64,000 nucleotides of DNA, from NCBI RefSeq assembly GCF_001677475.2, contig NZ_CP015229.1. One strand, written 5' to 3'. This DNA comes from Escherichia coli. Lineage in GTDB: Bacteria > Pseudomonadota > Gammaproteobacteria > Enterobacterales > Enterobacteriaceae. Positions 15,788 to 25,773 of this stretch are shown one piece after another; position 1 is the first letter of the stretch; each line of letters opens with the position of its first letter. The position numbers and the translations under genes were made by a program. The notes under the pieces are model-generated. The model had not been told where the DNA came from. It did not search any database and worked only from the letters and a program-made list of their open reading frames with translations.

Positions 15788-17212
15788 TCAAGAAATTAAA
15801 GATATAATACTCCCAAGCACATTCGTAACATATTGCTTAGCCTGATTTTCATCACTGCCTTCAGCGTAACAACGGAGTTCAGGGGCATTTCCGGAAGGAC
15901 GGAGATGTATAATATCACCATTAGTTAAAATAAATCTTGCACCATCAGTTTCATCAATAGTGGAACAGGATAATGATTCATACCCTAATTTATTAAAGAA
16001 ATTATTAGGTGATGAAATGGCATTTTTTATAATTTGCTGACTTGACTCTGAAGGAAAGTTTTTCACTCTATCTGACCAAGTAAATCGCTGTGGAAGATTA
16101 TTAACCAGTTGAGAGATAGTACTATTGCGAGAAGCTATTAAGAGCATTAACGCTGGTAATACTGCATCTCGAGTAGGTAACGCATTTAATTCTTTGCCAT
16201 TAATTTGTAAATCGGAGGCAAGCAGAAAACCGCCATTAGCTTCAAAACCAGCGACTGAATCAAATTGTTTAGCAAGTTCTGAAAACGCTGCAATCACATA
16301 AGGAGAGCCAATTTTAGTCCGTTGTGTATTTGCAAATTTATTAGATTGTTCAATTGCTGTATTACAACTCACTGGAATAGCCAACGCCTTGATATTAAGT
16401 TCAATAGCCGTAAGTAATCCCAGAATATCGCCTCGTAGCCATTCACCATTTTCATCGGCAACTAAAGGGCGATCACCATCACCATCTGTTGAGAAAATTG
16501 CATCGAGATTGTATTTTTTAGACCACTCTCTTGCAAGTAGACGATCTTCTTCGCTAACTGCTTCCGTATCAATAGGAACGAACTCATCACTTCTACCGAG
16601 GGAGATGACCTCAGCACCCAATTGATTAAAAAGTGGAGCATATAAATCTCGTCCTGCACTAGAATGTTCATAGATCCCAATTCTCTTCCCCTTTAAAATA
16701 TCGGAATTAAAAAGAGAAACATAACGTTCTAGGTATGAATCCGCACCTTGAGTACTTGTTTCAAGATGAGGTAATACATCTACAGGAGAAAAAACATATT
16801 CACTATTTACTATTGCTAACTCATCCTCTTTTGTGATTTCACCATCTGGACGGTAAAATTTCAAACCATTACGGTCAAAAGGTATGTGACTACCGGTAAC
16901 CATTATGCAGGGGATGTTTTTCTGCATGGAATAATGAGCTAATGCAGGGGTCGGAATTACACCATGATATTCAACAGCGAACCCATGTTGTTTGATAGCG
17001 AACGCGCATGCCTGAGCAATTTCATAACTACTCGGGCGATTGTCAATGGCTAAAGCAACTTTATTAAAATTGTATTTGTCATCAATAACAGAAAGAAACG
17101 CATGACTGAAGGCTGCACAAACATCATGGGTAAAATCGATGACTAAACCACGAGCACCACTAGTGCCGAAAGCAATATTGCTATCGGTAATGATTTTGTT
17201 AGCATTTAACAT
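15788..17212 (-). CDS. O-antigen cluster phosphohexomutase (phosphomannomutase-like, divergent; TGSHIP and DGDGDR motifs)
   Basis: alpha-D-phosphohexomutase-like motifs in ORF translation; position downstream of manC; sequence clearly different from cps CpsG in this window. Confidence 0.65.
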   Translation of the reverse strand: MLNANKIITDSNIAFGTSGARGLVIDFTHDVCAAFSHAFLSVIDDKYNFNKVALAIDNRPSSYEIAQACAFAIKQHGFAVEYHGVIPTPALAHYSMQKNIPCIMVTGSHIPFDRNGLKFYRPDGEITKEDELAIVNSEYVFSPVDVLPHLETSTQGADSYLERYVSLFNSDILKGKRIGIYEHSSAGRDLYAPLFNQLGAEVISLGRSDEFVPIDTEAVSEEDRLLAREWSKKYNLDAIFSTDGDGDRPLVADENGEWLRGDILGLLTAIELNIKALAIPVSCNTAIEQSNKFANTQRTKIGSPYVIAAFSELAKQFDSVAGFEANGGFLLASDLQINGKELNALPTRDAVLPALMLLIASRNSTISQLVNNLPQRFTWSDRVKNFPSESSQQIIKNAISSPNNFFNKLGYESLSCSTIDETDGARFILTNGDIIHLRPSGNAPELRCYAEGSDENQAKQYVTNVLGSIISLIS

Positions 17213-17217
17213 GATGA

Positions 17218-17964
17218 TTACTTCTTAATAAATTGAGGAAGTTTGGATAGATTTTTATACGCTAAAGCTATTGGCCAGATAATACCATTCTGTTTCATAG
17301 CGCGAATATCTTCCATTGATTTATTGATCATGGAAGATGCTGAGCGATTGCTAATTCCACCAACACGCATTTTCACTAATACTTTTGGTAAGTAAGCTAT
17401 TGAAATACGCTGTTTTAAAATATAACGTAATAATGAGTCATAATCAGCAGATATTCGGTAATCTAATGAAAAACAACCAAACTCACTATAACAATCGCGT
17501 TTCATATAAAATGATGGGTGTGGCGGCATCCAACCTAGTTTCATCTTCAAACGGCTAAATGAGCCACTCTTCCATAATCTAATACGTTTAGTCGTATCAT
17601 TTTGGGCAACATACTCCAAATCACCATAAACAGCATCACACCCTGAACTTTCAAATGTTTTTACTATATCTGCAATAGCATCGTCATAAGCAAGTAAGTC
17701 ATCAGAGTGCAAAAATCCAATTATATCACCAGAAGCTGCTTGAATACCTTTATTCAGTGCATCATAAATACCATTGTCGGGTTCGCAAATGATTGTTGAA
17801 ACTCTTGTACATTTACTCTTGATTAGCTCTATTGTATTATCTTTCGATGCTCCATCTACAACTATATATTCAATATCTGAATGCGTTTGTTTTTCCAGAG
17901 AGAGTAATGTATCAAGAAGCGTTTTTTCACTATTATAAGTTGCTGTGATAATTGAAATCCGCAT
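17218..17964 (-). CDS. Glycosyltransferase family 2 (WcaE-like)
   Basis: N-terminal ISIITATYNSEKTL...VVDGASKDNT motif typical of GT2; O-antigen cluster context. Confidence 0.75.
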   Translation of the reverse strand: MRISIITATYNSEKTLLDTLLSLEKQTHSDIEYIVVDGASKDNTIELIKSKCTRVSTIICEPDNGIYDALNKGIQAASGDIIGFLHSDDLLAYDDAIADIVKTFESSGCDAVYGDLEYVAQNDTTKRIRLWKSGSFSRLKMKLGWMPPHPSFYMKRDCYSEFGCFSLDYRISADYDSLLRYILKQRISIAYLPKVLVKMRVGGISNRSASSMINKSMEDIRAMKQNGIIWPIALAYKNLSKLPQFIKK

Positions 17965-19370
17965 TAGTATCCAACTCCAGAAGAAGAAACTCTTATAACA
18001 TCATCCTCTTCCAAGTAGACTCCTGATCTAACCTCAATTATTTCAAGTGGGATCTTGCCAGGATTTTCAATGGCATGTGGAACACCAACAGGTATATATG
18101 TTGATTCATTTTCTGAAACAAGATAAGTTTTCTCCTCAAGATGAACTTTAGCTGTCCCCGAAACAACAATCCAATGTTCAGTACGATGGTAATGGATCTG
18201 CTTAGCGGTAATGTGACCCGGTAATACAATCACATGTTTAACCTGAAAGCGTTGCCCTTCAGCTATAGTGTCATGACTGCCCCAAGGACGAAAAATTTCC
18301 CGATGTTGTAAATATTCTGTTCGATTATTCTTTTTAAGCTGAGCTACGATGTTTTTAACTTGCTGAACTTTATCTTTATGAGCAACTAATACTGCATCTT
18401 TCGTTTCAACGACAACCAAATCCTTTACGCCCACGGCACCAATAAGTCTATGCTGCGAATAAAGATAACTATCTGTAGCATCCTCAACCAAAACATCACC
18501 ACGAATGGCATTGCCGCTTTGGTCTTTTGAACTTATTTCCCACAGCGCAGACCATGACCCAACATCACTCCATTGCGCATCCAATGGTACGACTACAGCT
18601 TCTGCTGTTTTTTCCATAACGGCATAGTCGATTGACTCTTCAGGGCAGCAAGAAAAAGAAGAATTATCCAAGCGGATAAAATCTAAATCTTGAGTCGAGG
18701 AAGCTAAGGATTGCTGACAACTCTCTAGAATATCTGGACGGAATTTTTTTAGTTCATCGATGAATACAGATGCTCTGAACATAAACATTCCACTATTCCA
18801 AAGATAACCGCCATCTGACAAATACCGCTGAGCTAATTCTAGCTCTGGCTTTTCAACAAAAGCTGCAACTTTATAACCTTGCCCACTAAGTGGATCACCT
18901 GACTTAATATAGCCATACCCTGTCTCTGGAGCTGTTGGAACAATGCCAAATGTGACCAACTTACCTTGCTGCGCAAACTCCTTCGCGGCCAAAACTGCTG
19001 TAATGAAACTATTCTCATCCTGAATTTCATGGTCAGCCGCAAGAACTAAAAGTATAGGATCCTCTCCACTTGCCGTTGCCTGAAGCGCTGCAAGGGCTAC
19101 AGCTGGTGCCGTATTGCGCCCAACAGGCTCAAGCAAAATCCCACTATGCTTTAAACCAACTTTACGTAATTGTTCAGCAACGATGAAACGATGTGATTCA
19201 TTACAAATGATCAAAGCAGGATTGTGTTCAACCTTTTCTAGCCGTCGCATAGTCTCTTGCAACATAGTTAAGCGGCTATTTAAAGACAGAAATTGTTTCG
19301 GATAAAGTGTACGTGAAAGAGGCCATAATCTGGTACCAGATCCACCGGCCATGACAACGGGAAGTAGCAT
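17964..19370 (-). CDS. manC: Mannose-1-phosphate guanylyltransferase / mannose-6-phosphate isomerase (ManC), O-antigen copy
   Basis: ORF translation closely parallels cps CpsB in this window ([19 protein letters not shown]... C-terminal cupin); AT-rich codon usage. Confidence 0.9.
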   Translation of the reverse strand: MLLPVVMAGGSGTRLWPLSRTLYPKQFLSLNSRLTMLQETMRRLEKVEHNPALIICNESHRFIVAEQLRKVGLKHSGILLEPVGRNTAPAVALAALQATASGEDPILLVLAADHEIQDENSFITAVLAAKEFAQQGKLVTFGIVPTAPETGYGYIKSGDPLSGQGYKVAAFVEKPELELAQRYLSDGGYLWNSGMFMFRASVFIDELKKFRPDILESCQQSLASSTQDLDFIRLDNSSFSCCPEESIDYAVMEKTAEAVVVPLDAQWSDVGSWSALWEISSKDQSGNAIRGDVLVEDATDSYLYSQHRLIGAVGVKDLVVVETKDAVLVAHKDKVQQVKNIVAQLKKNNRTEYLQHREIFRPWGSHDTIAEGQRFQVKHVIVLPGHITAKQIHYHRTEHWIVVSGTAKVHLEEKTYLVSENESTYIPVGVPHAIENPGKIPLEIIEVRSGVYLEEDDVIRVSSSGVGY

Positions 19371-19375
19371 ATCTA

Positions 19376-19837
19376 TTACCTTGATATAAAATAATTTTTG
19401 GTATATTGATGAACTGTAGTGCTATTAAGCAACGTTACTACATCAAACCACTTGTAGGAATTATGCTGAATCGTTGGTAGGCGAAGTTGCTGCGGATTAA
19501 TTTGAATTTCATATCCATGCACTACGTAGTGTGTAGAAAAATCTAGTTCAGAAAAATTGTCATTGTAAAAGTGTTCATACACACCAAGAAATATGGCCTC
19601 ACCAAGACTAGTTTGAACGCCTAACTCTTCATATGTGATCCTTTTAAAAGCATCCTCGAATGACTCGTCCTTAAAAATTCGCCCTCCAGGCACAAACCAA
19701 TAATTTTTTGCGGGGCGATTCAGGCGCTGCCCAAGCAGCGCCTCTCCTTTATCATTTCTAATTATGAGGTCAATCGAGATTAGAGGAGTATGCTTGACTA
19801 TTGTTTTAAATAACTCATATTCTAATCTCTTTTTCAT
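19376..19837 (-). CDS. gmm: GDP-mannose mannosyl hydrolase (NUDIX), O-antigen copy
   Basis: NUDIX-type protein parallel to cps Gmm/WcaH in this window (YWFVPGGR motif). Confidence 0.85.
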   Translation of the reverse strand: MKKRLEYELFKTIVKHTPLISIDLIIRNDKGEALLGQRLNRPAKNYWFVPGGRIFKDESFEDAFKRITYEELGVQTSLGEAIFLGVYEHFYNDNFSELDFSTHYVVHGYEIQINPQQLRLPTIQHNSYKWFDVVTLLNSTTVHQYTKNYFISR

Positions 19838-19839
19838 AA

Positions 19840-20805
19840 CTATCCCCGAAAAGAATCAATATTCTCAAGAAACCATTGATATGTTAATGATAGACCTTCA
19901 TGTAAATTATAGCGATGTAGCCAGCCCAAGTTTTTGAGTCGGGTAACGTCCATAAGCTTTCGCGGGGTGCCATCTGGTTTGGTCGCGTCAAAAACAATTT
20001 TTCCTTGATAACCCACTACAGAAGCCATTGTTTCAGCCATTTCACGTATAGAACAATCCACCCCCGTACCAACATTAATATGAGATAACATTGGTTGTGT
20101 ATTTTGTTGATAGATTGTGTCCTCTAACTCCATCACATGAACCGAGGCAGCAGCCATATCATCAACATATAAAAACTCACGCATCGGTGTTCCCGTGCCC
20201 CAGACAATAACTTCTTGTGCACCACTTTCTTTTGCCTCATGGAATCTACGCATAAGCGCCGGAATAACATGGGAGTTTTCAGGATGGAAGTTATCATTCG
20301 AACCATAAAGATTAGTCGGCATTACACTTCTATAATCGCGACCATATTGACGATTATAAGACTCACATAATTTTATGCCCGCAATCTTAGCAATTGCGTA
20401 TGGCTCATTAGTTGGCTCAAGTATGCCCGTCAAAAGTGCAGACTCTTTCATCGGCTGCTCTGCAAATTTTGGATAAATGCAGCTAGAGCCTAAAAAAAGT
20501 AATTTTTGAATTCCAACCTTGTGAGCTGAATGTATAATATTACTCTCAATCATGAGATTCTGATAAATGAATTCTGCTGGAAATGTATTATTGGCATAAA
20601 TACCACCTACTTTTGCCGCAGCAAGATAAACCTGATCAACCCTCTCTCTCTCAAAAAATGCCTCAACATCCTTCTGCACGGTCAGATCGAGTTCTTTGTG
20701 TGTTTTAACCACTAACTCGATATCATCACGCAGCGATAATTGTCGGCAAATAGCAGAGCCAACCATGCCCTGGTGCCCAGCAACATATACTCTTTTCTTT
20801 ATCAT
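19840..20805 (-). CDS. fcl: GDP-L-fucose synthase (GDP-4-keto-6-deoxymannose 3,5-epimerase/4-reductase), O-antigen copy
   Basis: 321 aa, colinear with cps Fcl in this window ([12 protein letters not shown]...). Confidence 0.9.
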   Translation of the reverse strand: MIKKRVYVAGHQGMVGSAICRQLSLRDDIELVVKTHKELDLTVQKDVEAFFERERVDQVYLAAAKVGGIYANNTFPAEFIYQNLMIESNIIHSAHKVGIQKLLFLGSSCIYPKFAEQPMKESALLTGILEPTNEPYAIAKIAGIKLCESYNRQYGRDYRSVMPTNLYGSNDNFHPENSHVIPALMRRFHEAKESGAQEVIVWGTGTPMREFLYVDDMAAASVHVMELEDTIYQQNTQPMLSHINVGTGVDCSIREMAETMASVVGYQGKIVFDATKPDGTPRKLMDVTRLKNLGWLHRYNLHEGLSLTYQWFLENIDSFRG

Positions 20806-20808
20806 GTA

Positions 20809-21942
20809 TTAACGCTCCAGAGAAACCGAAACATCATAACCATGGCTTTTAAGAAGTGCATGTTGTTTCGCTTTTAACAAATCGCTAGCAACCATTTCTG
20901 CACACATCTCTTCAACTGTAATCTCTGGTTCCCAGCCTAATAGATTTTTTGCTTTTGCAGGGTCACCTAAGAGTGTTTCAACTTCAGCAGGACGGAAATA
21001 ACGAGGATCAACCCGAACTATAACGTCTCCAACATTTACACCAATAGCACAATCGGAAACTTTATTAACTACTGTGGCTATCTCATCTACACCCTCACCA
21101 GTGAATTCAAGTTCAAGTCCGACTTCTTTAGCAGCCATACGGACAAATTCACGCACAGATATCTGTTTACCTGTGGCGATGACAAAATCCTCTGGATGAT
21201 CTTGCTGAAGCATCATCCATTGCATGCGAACATAATCTTTAGCGTGTCCCCAGTCACGCAACGAATCCAGATTACCCAAATATAAGCATTGTTCGATCCC
21301 CTGAGAAATATTAGCTATTGCACGAGTAATTTTACGAGTAACAAAAGTTTCTCCACGGCGTGGCGATTCATGGTTAAAAAGAATACCATTACAAGCATAT
21401 ATACCATAAGATTCACGGTAGTTAACTGTTATCCAGTAAGCATACATCTTAGCTACAGCATAAGGCGAACGCGGGTAGAATGGAGTTGTTTCACGCTGAG
21501 GAATCTCTTGCACTAAACCAAAAAGTTCTGAAGTAGATGCTTGATAGAAACGTGTTTTTTTCTCCAGCCCACAGATTCGTATTGCTTCTAATAAACGTAA
21601 TGTACCTATTGCATCTACATCTGCTGTATATTCTGGTGACTCGAATGATACTGCGACATGGGATTGTGCACCAAGGTTATAAATTTCATCCGGTTGAATT
21701 TCTTGGATTAAACGGATCAGATTCGATGTATCTGTTAAATCCCCATAGTGTAAAATAAAATTAGGCTCATCAACGAATCGTGATTGATATATATGATCAA
21801 TTCTATCAGTGTTAAATGACGATGCTCGGCGTTTTATACCATGTACTTCATAACCTTTTTCAATAAGAAATTCAGCAAGATATGAACCATCTTGTCCAGT
21901 TACGCCTGTGATAAATGCAACTTTTTTATTCATTTTAATCAT
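20809..21942 (-). CDS. gmd: GDP-mannose 4,6-dehydratase, O-antigen copy (start may be at MNKK, 21930)
   Basis: Colinear with cps Gmd in this window ([37 protein letters not shown]). Confidence 0.9.
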   Translation of the reverse strand: MIKMNKKVAFITGVTGQDGSYLAEFLIEKGYEVHGIKRRASSFNTDRIDHIYQSRFVDEPNFILHYGDLTDTSNLIRLIQEIQPDEIYNLGAQSHVAVSFESPEYTADVDAIGTLRLLEAIRICGLEKKTRFYQASTSELFGLVQEIPQRETTPFYPRSPYAVAKMYAYWITVNYRESYGIYACNGILFNHESPRRGETFVTRKITRAIANISQGIEQCLYLGNLDSLRDWGHAKDYVRMQWMMLQQDHPEDFVIATGKQISVREFVRMAAKEVGLELEFTGEGVDEIATVVNKVSDCAIGVNVGDVIVRVDPRYFRPAEVETLLGDPAKAKNLLGWEPEITVEEMCAEMVASDLLKAKQHALLKSHGYDVSVSLER

Positions 21943-21951
21943 GTTATGTTC

Positions 21952-22983
21952 CTAAATATTCAACTCATTATAAACTTTAATCGTTTCATTAACACATTTT
22001 GACCATGAAAATTTTTGCGCCTGCAGTAAACCTCTTTCGATCATAACATTTCTTTTTAAATTAACTAATTCTAAAGCTTCTTTTAACGTAAACTCATTAA
22101 TATCATCAATATAAATAGGCGCATTCCCCCCTACTTCCGGCAACGAGGATGTGTTTGCACAAATAACTGGACATCCGGCCTGCATAGCTTCTAGGACAGG
22201 TATTCCAAACCCCTCATAACTGGAAGGGTAAACAAGTGCATATGCAGTATTATACTGTATATTTAAATCTTCATTACTCAAAAATGTAAAATGTTCATAT
22301 CTATTTTTTAAATATTTTTCAAGGAGTTCTCTTTCATATTTTTTAAGCGAGCCTCCGCCTACAATTGTAAGCTTTAAGCCATGTAATTTCCCTACAGCTT
22401 TGACTGCAAGAACGAAATTTTTATAACCTTCTCTGGCACCGACAAACAAAACTGAATTATTTACTCTCATATCAGATATGTTAGAAATATGTTTATATGA
22501 TGGGGATACACCATTATAAATCACTCTAATTTTATCTTCACTAATTGGACAGTACTTAAGTAAATCTCTAGCAGTGTTGTTTGAAATACAAATTACGATA
22601 TCACTATTCTTGATAGCATGATATTTTTGAAGAGAATGAATAAATTTTGACATTCCTCCCCTGTATTTTTCATAGGTAAAATCATGAACAGTTGTAACAT
22701 TTTTCACATTCAAATTAGGATTTTTATGAACTCGATAATAACTTGAGTGTAAAACCCTAGTTTTAATATCACTTACATTTCTATATCTTTCTAAAATTCT
22801 TGGCTCACGATATTGCAACTTTAAGTCACTTGTATCAAACTCAAATTCTTTATTTTTATACAATAGAATTTCAGCTTGGTAATTTGATTTCACCATTCCT
22901 TGGATCAACTCATTAAAGTATACACTTATTCCACCAAATGATTGGAGATTATAAATAATCCCATCGATAGTTACCATTATCAT
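21952..22983 (-). CDS. Glycosyltransferase family 1 (GT4-like)
   Basis: C-terminal EGFGIPVLEAMQAGCPVI motif typical of GT-B retaining glycosyltransferases. Confidence 0.75.
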   Translation of the reverse strand: MIMVTIDGIIYNLQSFGGISVYFNELIQGMVKSNYQAEILLYKNKEFEFDTSDLKLQYREPRILERYRNVSDIKTRVLHSSYYRVHKNPNLNVKNVTTVHDFTYEKYRGGMSKFIHSLQKYHAIKNSDIVICISNNTARDLLKYCPISEDKIRVIYNGVSPSYKHISNISDMRVNNSVLFVGAREGYKNFVLAVKAVGKLHGLKLTIVGGGSLKKYERELLEKYLKNRYEHFTFLSNEDLNIQYNTAYALVYPSSYEGFGIPVLEAMQAGCPVICANTSSLPEVGGNAPIYIDDINEFTLKEALELVNLKRNVMIERGLLQAQKFSWSKCVNETIKVYNELNI

Positions 22984-24236
22984 CGCCCTCGCAAGGTAAT
23001 ACGTTCGATTAGAACGAACAATATCAAAAAGAAGATCAGTAACAATACATATGCAGGCCCAGAAAAATAAGTTCCAAATGAAGGTGAAATGAGAATTATA
23101 GAAAGCAAAAAATAGGATGCAGAGTTCGTAATTACTTTTGCATTAAACATTTTAAGCTTAGCAAAAATATAGCCATAAAAGATATTCATAGGTGAAAGAA
23201 AAGTTAAAATGACCAGTCCAACATATCCATAATCAACAAAATTATCCATCCCTTTTGAAAAAGCAGGTGTATGCCCCGACTCTGCAGCTCCTGGATAATA
23301 GATTTCATTTACATGCAGAAATCCATATACAAAAGGTTTATCAGGAAACAAACCTCTCGGTATATAAGACCAAAACTGGCTGAAATAGACTGTGCCATTG
23401 AAAAATTTAACCACACCTTTATCAATATCTTGCAGCAAATAAATACTGTTTTGATACTGGTCAAAATAAGACAATACTACATCGACATTCATATTTCCAA
23501 TAGCTAAAAATAAATTATAGAGAATGGCACACGCTGCCAGAGGTGTAACTAAAATCAGGCCAAATTTTAGAAATCTAGATTTATTAAGACTTAACACTGC
23601 AAGATAAAAAATCGCAAATGAAAGAATAAAGGTTTTCGATCCAAGAAAAAAAACCAAGGTACAATAGAATATCGCGCATAAAAATAATTTTATTTCCGAG
23701 CGTAAAGCCAACGCTCTAGAAAAATAAGATACTGAAAGCATACTTAAAGAAAAGGCATACAAAAAACCATTACCTTCTCGATAGTTTTGATAACCATCCC
23801 TGGGATTCGTCAACCATCCAGAAATACCTATTTCTGACTTTGAAGAAAGAAGAACAAATAATGTAACAAACAGAACCAATGTAATATTTGATATTCTTTT
23901 TAATTTTGTATGCGAAATTAAGCAAGTTAAATAGCTCTCTCTATTTTTGAATATTATATTAAAAATAAAATAAAATAAAATTATAGATAAAACACCCACA
24001 AAAGAGTATATGTTATATATGAATAAAGCCTCATTATAATATTGATTTAACGCAAAGTCTGAACCATAGAAAAGAGGGGCCAGAATATTTTCCAATAGAA
24101 AAACCGGGAATAAAATAATGGCGCAAATGGTAAAGGGATTGATAATTGTAAGTCTTAGCGTTTTCGTCGCTAATAAAGAAAAAGAAAAATATAGTACTAC
24201 AGCGAGTGTAACATTTAAACAATATATTATTACCAC
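22980..24236 (-). CDS. wzy: O-antigen polymerase Wzy (candidate)
   Basis: 418-aa highly hydrophobic multi-TM protein with no catalytic motifs of other families, very AT-rich, located in O-antigen cluster. Confidence 0.6.
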   Translation of the reverse strand: MVIIYCLNVTLAVVLYFSFSLLATKTLRLTIINPFTICAIILFPVFLLENILAPLFYGSDFALNQYYNEALFIYNIYSFVGVLSIILFYFIFNIIFKNRESYLTCLISHTKLKRISNITLVLFVTLFVLLSSKSEIGISGWLTNPRDGYQNYREGNGFLYAFSLSMLSVSYFSRALALRSEIKLFLCAIFYCTLVFFLGSKTFILSFAIFYLAVLSLNKSRFLKFGLILVTPLAACAILYNLFLAIGNMNVDVVLSYFDQYQNSIYLLQDIDKGVVKFFNGTVYFSQFWSYIPRGLFPDKPFVYGFLHVNEIYYPGAAESGHTPAFSKGMDNFVDYGYVGLVILTFLSPMNIFYGYIFAKLKMFNAKVITNSASYFLLSIILISPSFGTYFSGPAYVLLLIFFLILFVLIERITLRGR

Positions 24237-24246
24237 ATCCTCTCCC

Positions 24247-25056
24247 CTATCTTAAACCGAATAATTTGCGCTTAATTGATTTTGTTTTTTGATATAATGT
24301 TTGAGGAACAATCATTTTAAATAAAACTTGCAATGTATTATAGACAGCAAATTTTATTTTGTATGATAAGGGCATATGAATATTATTTTTAGCTAGAATG
24401 TAAGCAATTTCTTTCTTGACTAATTTTTTATTAGACTCATTTGAACTTACACCCGAAGCATCCATTATGGATACAGGAAAATTCACATAATGCAACGTAG
24501 ATGGATCTATTGTTCTTATCATAAAATCACTATCAGCAGCAATTTTTAGTGTTGTATCAAAGCGATTAGCATTATCTTTAAAAAAGCTAGAATGCTGGAA
24601 AGTACCCTGATGAGGAGGAAGTGAAGGCCGACCACATTCCCACTTTTTCTGTATTTTTCCGTAAACTCCAACTATATTATCTTTATCACTAAAATATACA
24701 TCACCATATATAGTTGTTGCACTCATATTTTCGTGAATGGCATTTGCTATTTTTGAAAGAGTATTATTTTCATAGAATGTATCGCCAGCTCCCATAAAAA
24801 TAACCCAATCGCCATTTATGTGAGGAAGAGCTTTATTCCAAGCGTCGTATATTCCTTGATCAGATTCGCATAAAAAATAATCTATAATATCAATATATCT
24901 ATAAATATATTCTAGTGTTGATTTGTTAGAGTTGCCGTCTATAACAATCCATTGAATATTACAATAATTTTGATTTTTAATAGATTCTGCAGTCTTGCAG
25001 AAATCTTCCTCACAATTATACGTCGATGTTATTATAGTAATCTGTAAGCCATTCAT
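24247..25056 (-). CDS. Glycosyltransferase family 2
   Basis: ITIITSTYNCEEDF...VIDGNSNKST N-terminal GT2 signature. Confidence 0.75.
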   Translation of the reverse strand: MNGLQITIITSTYNCEEDFCKTAESIKNQNYCNIQWIVIDGNSNKSTLEYIYRYIDIIDYFLCESDQGIYDAWNKALPHINGDWVIFMGAGDTFYENNTLSKIANAIHENMSATTIYGDVYFSDKDNIVGVYGKIQKKWECGRPSLPPHQGTFQHSSFFKDNANRFDTTLKIAADSDFMIRTIDPSTLHYVNFPVSIMDASGVSSNESNKKLVKKEIAYILAKNNIHMPLSYKIKFAVYNTLQVLFKMIVPQTLYQKTKSIKRKLFGLR

Positions 25057-25062
25057 CTTAAC

Positions 25063-25773
25063 TCACTTATTTTTCATAGCAATATATTTTAATCTTAATT
25101 CTTTAATTAATGTCTTTACTTTACTATCAGTGGAATACTCAATATTAAACGTGCCAGAGACTCCTCTTATTTTGGGAATAGTTGTTCCAATAACTCCTTT
25201 TAATTTATTATTTTTAATTTGCTCAAAAAAAATGTGTTCTAAATAAACACCATCAAGGTCACGCACAGATTTATAAGAATTAGCAAAAAAGTCCCAATAT
25301 ATTTTTTTATTTACAACATAAAATCTTGTATCAATCATATTTTCATTCAGAAAAGGAACTGGTATAAAAAAAGCTTTACCATTGAATGCATTTATACATT
25401 GCTTATAATTATCGACGTATAGTTTTGATGTTATTTTTGCAAAACTTTCAGCATTAGACAAATAGCGGCTATTCATTAATGCATACTCAATTATTTCACC
25501 CTCTCCGTAACCTTTACCATAAGATTGAACACTTTCTATATCATTTTTGAAATGTATTATCTCGATCGAATCTTTATTAAGTATTTGTTTATCATTATGA
25601 ATATCTTTCGTCAAATCATAATCACTACCATCACATATTACTATAGAATCAGCATTCTTTGACAACTCTCTTATCGCTTTCAATGTATGTAATAATCTTG
25701 AATTTTCATCAGAAAGATTTGTAAGAGGAGCATTAGGTGAGATACAAGAAGTCACTAATACTGGGATTTTCAT
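25063..25773 (-). CDS. Hypothetical O-antigen cluster protein, ~236 aa (possible glycosyltransferase of unassigned family); start ATG overlaps wzx stop (ATGA)
   Basis: ORF with ATGA coupling to wzx; contains DGSDYD (DxD-like) motif; no family recognised by eye. Confidence 0.4.
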   Translation of the reverse strand: MKIPVLVTSCISPNAPLTNLSDENSRLLHTLKAIRELSKNADSIVICDGSDYDLTKDIHNDKQILNKDSIEIIHFKNDIESVQSYGKGYGEGEIIEYALMNSRYLSNAESFAKITSKLYVDNYKQCINAFNGKAFFIPVPFLNENMIDTRFYVVNKKIYWDFFANSYKSVRDLDGVYLEHIFFEQIKNNKLKGVIGTTIPKIRGVSGTFNIEYSTDSKVKTLIKELRLKYIAMKNK

